In this document: positions 59,573-64,000 of the stretch, in pieces
Layout: the number at the start of each line of letters is the position of its first letter
How positions within the stretch are numbered: the stretch's first letter is position 1
Origin: Minisyncoccota bacterium
GTDB taxonomy: Bacteria > Patescibacteriota > Minisyncoccia > Phycocordibacterales > Phycocordibacteraceae
Direction of reading: 5' to 3'
Length of the DNA stretch: 64,000 nt
Assembly (NCBI GenBank): GCA_041663025.1
Contig: JBAZRE010000001.1
Span: forward strand, 71,585 to 135,584
Made by a program: the position numbers and the translations under genes
The notes under the pieces: model-generated
What the model was told of the DNA's origin: nothing
Database searches by the model: none
Seen by the model: only the letters and a program-made list of their open reading frames with translations

Positions 59573-60037
59573 CTACCACGCGAAGTGAGCAAAGGCCTTG
59601 TTGGCTTCAGCCATGCGATGCATCTCGTCCTTCTTCTTAATCGCATCGCCCTCATTCTTAGCAGCGAGCTGGAGTTCGGTGGCAAGTTTGTCTGCCATCG
59701 GCTTGCCCTTCTTGGCACGGGCGGCGTTGATGAGCCAACGGAACGAGAGCGCGAGGCGGCGCGCCTGAGGCACTTCGCGCGGCACCTGATAGTTCGCCCC
59801 GCCGACGCGACGTGAACGCACCTCCATCAGTGGCGACACGTTGCGGAGTGCTGACTCAAAAGTTTCAAGAGGATTCGCACCGTCCTTTTCAATAACCGCG
59901 AGAGCATCATAGACAATAGTGCGCGCTGTATCTTTCTTACCGTTCCACATGATGGCATTGATAAAACGAGAGAGCGTCTCCGAACCGTATTTCAGATCAG
60001 GTCTCCATGTTCTCTTGTGCTTAAGTGGTCGGCGCAT
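59573..60037 (-). CDS. rpsG: 30S ribosomal protein S7
   Basis: SETLSRFINAIMWNGKKDTARTIVYDAL. Confidence 0.95.
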   Translation of the reverse strand: MRRPLKHKRTWRPDLKYGSETLSRFINAIMWNGKKDTARTIVYDALAVIEKDGANPLETFESALRNVSPLMEVRSRRVGGANYQVPREVPQARRLALSFRWLINAARAKKGKPMADKLATELQLAAKNEGDAIKKKDEMHRMAEANKAFAHFAW

Positions 60038-60039
60038 AA

Positions 60040-60447
60040 TTATTTCGGTCTTTTAGCACCATAGCGCGAGCGACCGCGACGGCGCTTATCAACACCACTG
60101 GCATCGAGCTTGCCGCGGACGATGGTGTACTGCACACCAATATCCTTCACACGGCCGCCACGAAGCATCACGACAGAGTGCTCTTGGAGATTGTGTCCGA
60201 TGCCCGGAATATAGGCGGTCACCTCCATGCCGTTGGTGAGCTTCACGCGGGCGATCTTACGAATAGCGGAGTTCGGCTTCCTCGGGGTCTTGGTGGTCAC
60301 CTTGGTGCAAACGCCGCGCTTGAAGGGCGATGGATAGTAGGTCGGGCGATTCTTGAGTGCATTAAAGCCACGGGCCAGCGCAAGCACGCTCGTCTTCGAC
60401 GTGCGATCCTTGCGACCTCTCTTAGAGAGCTGGTTGATGGTGGGCAT
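60040..60447 (-). CDS. rpsL: 30S ribosomal protein S12
   Basis: MPTINQL...PKKPNSA-like...RGGRVKDLPGV-like; 135 aa. Confidence 0.95.
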   Translation of the reverse strand: MPTINQLSKRGRKDRTSKTSVLALARGFNALKNRPTYYPSPFKRGVCTKVTTKTPRKPNSAIRKIARVKLTNGMEVTAYIPGIGHNLQEHSVVMLRGGRVKDIGVQYTIVRGKLDASGVDKRRRGRSRYGAKRPK

Positions 60448-60586
60448 TTTTTTAAGTAAAACTTCCTCCCTTCGCTTGCCTCAGACAAATGCATGAGGAC
60501 ATGCTTTGCCACTCGGCTCACTTGGTAGTAGAAAGCCCGCGAACGCGGGATATGAGCACTATATATAAGGACACGATGAAATGCAA

Positions 60587-61384
60587 CTATTTTTCGTCGA
60601 GAGGCTCACGGTATGGGTCAGTCGAGTATGGCCGAACTGTAGCAGCTGGTTTTATGAATTCGATTTTTGGAATCGCTGGCCCTCCTCCGCTCAGAGCCGC
60701 TGCGGGGCGCGGCGAAGGTCGAACCTTGGGCATGGCGGGCGATGTCATTGTACCCGGGAGATTCGGTGGTACTGAGTTTTTATTCAAATCAATATGGGGT
60801 TCTTCGTGATCTTCAAGTAGTCTGCCGATATTTACTGCTCTCGCTGGCTGTATTTGCGGGACACTAGGCGCTGGTGCAATCTGCTGTTGTATCGGACGAG
60901 GTTGTACTGGTGGAGGTGCCTGAACGATTGGTTGAGCAGGCTTTGGAGGAATAGGTTGAGGCGAGGACTGTTTCGGTTGCGCATATGCATAACTCGGCAC
61001 CGGCGCTTGCACTTGCACTGGTCGTGGTGCGGGCGGTGTTGCTGTTTGTGGACGCTGTTGTGAGGTATTCCCTGCCCCACTTTTCATCTGTTCGCGCAAA
61101 GGAACAAAAATCTTTTGGTTAATCTCTGTCATGATCTCTCGCGCATCTTTGTCTGAGACTCCAGCCGCAATCAATTCTTTCAAAAAATCTTCAGGACCGA
61201 TAAGTCCGAGGAGCATTAGCACATTTAGTGCGGCTATTTTCCCTATCACATCGATGTGAAGACCGAGACGAGTTCCAAGCCCAGAAATAGTCGCTGCGGT
61301 TGTCTTTGCTTCAATTGCTTTCTGCACAGGCAATGGCGACGCATCCATCAACTTTATTAATTCATCATTTGAATAGGAGCGCAT
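60587..61384 (-). CDS. Hypothetical protein with a structured N-terminal domain and a long Pro/Gln-rich low-complexity C-terminal region
   Basis: 265 aa; PxQP-type repeats; downstream of the large membrane protein on the same strand. Confidence 0.5.
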   Translation of the reverse strand: MRSYSNDELIKLMDASPLPVQKAIEAKTTAATISGLGTRLGLHIDVIGKIAALNVLMLLGLIGPEDFLKELIAAGVSDKDAREIMTEINQKIFVPLREQMKSGAGNTSQQRPQTATPPAPRPVQVQAPVPSYAYAQPKQSSPQPIPPKPAQPIVQAPPPVQPRPIQQQIAPAPSVPQIQPARAVNIGRLLEDHEEPHIDLNKNSVPPNLPGTMTSPAMPKVRPSPRPAAALSGGGPAIPKIEFIKPAATVRPYSTDPYREPLDEK

Positions 61385-61387
61385 ACA

Positions 61388-63547
61388 TTAAGGAATACTA
61401 TAGTAAGCTTTGAACTTCGGATTTACCGCAGCCGCAGCCAAGTCCGCAGCAAGAGCCGGTGGTACACCAGCGGCAATTACTCCTCGCACATATGTAGCGA
61501 TTGTTGTCTTCTCTCCTGGTTGCAGTTTTGCACTTCGAATATTGTCAAAATCGTCTGCTGTGAGATTTTCGTACACTTCTCGTTTCTCAAGAATTTTTCC
61601 TCCGAGTGCAACGCGCTCGTCTTCAGTCATGCGCCCAAGTGCAGCTGCACTTGTCGCATGTGTAGCAAATTGAGCCTCCCACTTCGTTTTGATCTGAGAT
61701 TTTTCGCTATCAAGAAGATTTTTGTTCTTCATCAGACTGTCATATGCGGTCGGTCTAAGAGCTTGAATAAGCCGATCTTGACCCTGACGGATGCCTTTCA
61801 GTTCGGCAAGTTCATCGTCAGACATCTTCTTAAGTTCTGACTGCAGCGCGCCTGGTGCTCCAGTAGCGAGAATATCTTTACGTTTGAGATCTGCTGCCGC
61901 CTTTTCGTGCTCTTTTGATGACTCTCTAAACCATTCTTTTGTGGGTTTCAACCCATATTGCTTTTCTTGTAATTGTTTCGCCGTTAATTGAGAGGGAGCA
62001 CCAGCATTAATACCTAATGATCCAAGCCCAGATTGGGCGCCTGGCATGTTCCGAACATCAAATGTTCTATTTTGTAGACGCTTGCCAGTGAAGGACAATG
62101 CTCTTGAACCGTATTTTATGAACCTATTGTCACTGACGGCACCTCTCTTAATTAATCTGTTGCCCAGAAGACCCCTGCCGATAGCTGTGCCGACAGTAGC
62201 GCGACCAGCCCACGCAGTTGCACCAAAAGTGAGCTTACCAGCGCCCTTCGTCGCCAAGTCAGCGCCAACGGCGGACATACTTTTTGCTTTAATCACCACA
62301 ATCATAAGGAGCCCCATTGCGACGAGGAAAGAGAGCATCATGCTCGCGAAACCGGTAAAGTTACCGTTTGCAAATCCTGTCCAATCAGGAGTGCAGTTAA
62401 GATTGGTCGAGCCTGCAGCAGGAATACAGAAGCCGGTAAGGAAATGTGCATCAGTAATAACCGCGAGCGCAACATAGAGCAAGAGAAGTAATACAGGTGC
62501 AGTGATAATTTGTTCAGTGAAATGCTTCCACCACTGACTCATCCGGTACTCTAGCCAAGGCACCGCCCACCCCATAAAAGCGACTGGGGAAACAAGTATG
62601 AGGAAGATGAGTGCGACGAAACGTGCAATGAGTATGAATGCGAGTGAGAACATTACAAATGCTGTAACAATGAAAAGAAGGATCGCCATAAAACCAATGA
62701 CCCAGGTATTCCCCGCTTGGAATATTTCTGTTTTTACAGCCCCGTTGCCATAGATTGTCTGCAATCCAACCTGACTCATAATTTTATTTGAAATGCCGTC
62801 ATTTTGCACAGAAACTTTATCAAAGTTCTTCGCCCCAGACGGTTTACCTCCATTGATCTGTGTATAAAACTGAGTTGCTACGAGATTGGTGCCATCAATC
62901 ATCGCCTCTGAAACGAAAAGCGAGAAATTAATGAGAACCGCGGCAATCAGTAATTTCGGAAGCAATTTTGTTCCAAATCCGTATTGATCAACATTTAGAA
63001 TTATCGCGATACCAGATCCGATGAAACCAAAGATAAGCAAAATGTTCGCGAGGTCGCGCAAAATGCGCCACGCAACGCCGATGGCAGAGAGTTTAGACAC
63101 ATAGTCCCCCATTGTAACCACGGTGTAGTACACCGCATTGTCGAGTGTAATCGCCGCAACACCTACGAGCCACGCAAAGAGGCTCATGATCCAGATCATG
63201 ACGCTGCTATATTGAGAGCCAGCATCTTTCCCGAGATTTGGATCAGTCGGTGTTTTAGTGGCAGCGATGTCTGCAGCTGTTTGTGTACCACCTACAGTTG
63301 CTGTGAGATTTGCTTGTGCCTTCGCTGCATCGGCAGCTTTCTGGGAGTTGGGGACGCAGGTGTTGAGTTGGGGACTGTTCTGAATAAGTTCGCAATATGA
63401 AGTCGCCGGGTCGCAGGCCGAGTCGTTTTCTTCACTACAGGCACTTCCGATTGCAGCGTGCACGGCGGGCGCTGCGCCCGCCGTGCCTACAAGAAGCGCG
63501 AGGATGACAAACGCTGTGGTAAAGAAATTACGCATATCATGCATCAA
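61388..63547 (-). CDS. Large polytopic membrane protein (719 aa): signal peptide, Cys-rich extracytoplasmic N-domain, at least six TM helices and a C-terminal coiled-coil domain; tentatively TrbL/VirB6-like
   Basis: Hydrophobicity pattern only; no catalytic motif recognised. Confidence 0.55.
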   Translation of the reverse strand: MMHDMRNFFTTAFVILALLVGTAGAAPAVHAAIGSACSEENDSACDPATSYCELIQNSPQLNTCVPNSQKAADAAKAQANLTATVGGTQTAADIAATKTPTDPNLGKDAGSQYSSVMIWIMSLFAWLVGVAAITLDNAVYYTVVTMGDYVSKLSAIGVAWRILRDLANILLIFGFIGSGIAIILNVDQYGFGTKLLPKLLIAAVLINFSLFVSEAMIDGTNLVATQFYTQINGGKPSGAKNFDKVSVQNDGISNKIMSQVGLQTIYGNGAVKTEIFQAGNTWVIGFMAILLFIVTAFVMFSLAFILIARFVALIFLILVSPVAFMGWAVPWLEYRMSQWWKHFTEQIITAPVLLLLLYVALAVITDAHFLTGFCIPAAGSTNLNCTPDWTGFANGNFTGFASMMLSFLVAMGLLMIVVIKAKSMSAVGADLATKGAGKLTFGATAWAGRATVGTAIGRGLLGNRLIKRGAVSDNRFIKYGSRALSFTGKRLQNRTFDVRNMPGAQSGLGSLGINAGAPSQLTAKQLQEKQYGLKPTKEWFRESSKEHEKAAADLKRKDILATGAPGALQSELKKMSDDELAELKGIRQGQDRLIQALRPTAYDSLMKNKNLLDSEKSQIKTKWEAQFATHATSAAALGRMTEDERVALGGKILEKREVYENLTADDFDNIRSAKLQPGEKTTIATYVRGVIAAGVPPALAADLAAAAVNPKFKAYYSIP

Positions 63548-64000
63548 CCTCCATAAGAATTACTGCATACGGATTGCGCCGTATTGAGCTCCGTTTGGAA
63601 CGATGCGATGAGTCCCTTTGCATTTGCACTGATGAGATTCATTCGATCGACCGTGGTGCCACCTGAGACCGTGAGTGTCATTGCCGGTGCCGCACCATAG
63701 GCAGGTTTTGTTCCGTCCCAATTCAGTGCGGTAGCAGCACCGGTCGCTGTCGCGTCTGATTGCGCATTCATGACATCAATTGCTCCAGGAGGCATTTGCG
63801 CGAGTGATGCAACATCAATACTGAATTGCATCGGATCTTCAATAGGAACCACTGCGGCTTCTTCTTGAACTTTAAGTGCGATCGCCTTGGTCGTCGATGC
63901 ACTCTCGAATGCCGTATTCACCGAGGTGAACACCGAGCCGATTGTTCCTGCCGGTGTCAACATCTCCTGTGCTTGTGCAAACGCCGCCTGAGCATTGGCA
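63544..64000 (-). CDS. Hypothetical protein, 5' end beyond the window end (reading frame open through 64000); overlaps the start of the 719 aa gene (ATGA)
   Basis: No in-frame stop between 63964 and 64000; Ala/Thr-rich soluble sequence. Confidence 0.4.
   Translation of the reverse strand, partial: ANAQAAFAQAQEMLTPAGTIGSVFTSVNTAFESASTTKAIALKVQEEAAVVPIEDPMQFSIDVASLAQMPPGAIDVMNAQSDATATGAATALNWDGTKPAYGAAPAMTLTVSGGTTVDRMNLISANAKGLIASFQTELNTAQSVCSNSYGG

Overview
This 64 kb window is mostly minus-strand coding and looks like a small-genome bacterium; the CPR/Patescibacteria-like call is inference only. Supporting that impression: few Shine-Dalgarno sites, no L30 gene, r-proteins with Lys/Ala-rich extensions, and a type IV pilus locus with no secretin.

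In coordinate order the window contains:
1. A partial efflux adaptor (HlyD-family MFP) gene plus an AbrB/MazE-like regulator, 1..1161.
2. A copper operon csoR-copA-(HMA/CcdA-like membrane protein)-(cupredoxin-like) with a perfect CsoR operator palindrome and a likely leaderless csoR, 1216..5185.
3. An initiator tRNA-fMet(CAU) gene interrupted in the anticodon loop by a 211 nt group I intron, 5239..5523.
4. A TM protein with a HEPN-like Rx4H motif, then gatCA and ligA, 5555..9864.
5. A roughly 12 kb type IV pilus locus: 4 pseudopilins, pilD, 3 tandem pilins, pilC, pilT, a REC-only response regulator, pilB, a small protein and pilO/N/M.
6. comFC, then tRNA-Ser(GCU) followed by a duplicated and disrupted tRNA 3' half and a 42 nt perfect palindrome.
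7. groES-groEL, secG, an OppA-like SBP, RNase J, an Nth-like glycosylase, a bactofilin-like membrane protein, VKOR, DedA, a secreted PLD nuclease and infC-rpmI-rplT.
8. An orphan MazF toxin behind a beta-CASP MBL RNase.
9. ndk-map-adk-(response regulator)-secY and the spc/S10 r-protein operons carrying several unusual insertions.
10. rpsJ-tuf-fusA, then a REP/RAYT (IS200-like Y1 transposase) cassette cluster bounded by four 27 bp palindromes, then rpsG-rpsL.
11. A terminal module: a P/Q-rich protein, a 719 aa polytopic membrane protein and a further ORF.

The most interesting items are the intron-containing initiator tRNA, the REP/RAYT cassette array with unknown cargo inside the str operon, and the dispersed GCAGGAGG palindromic repeat family. 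No CRISPR array or rRNA gene was seen.
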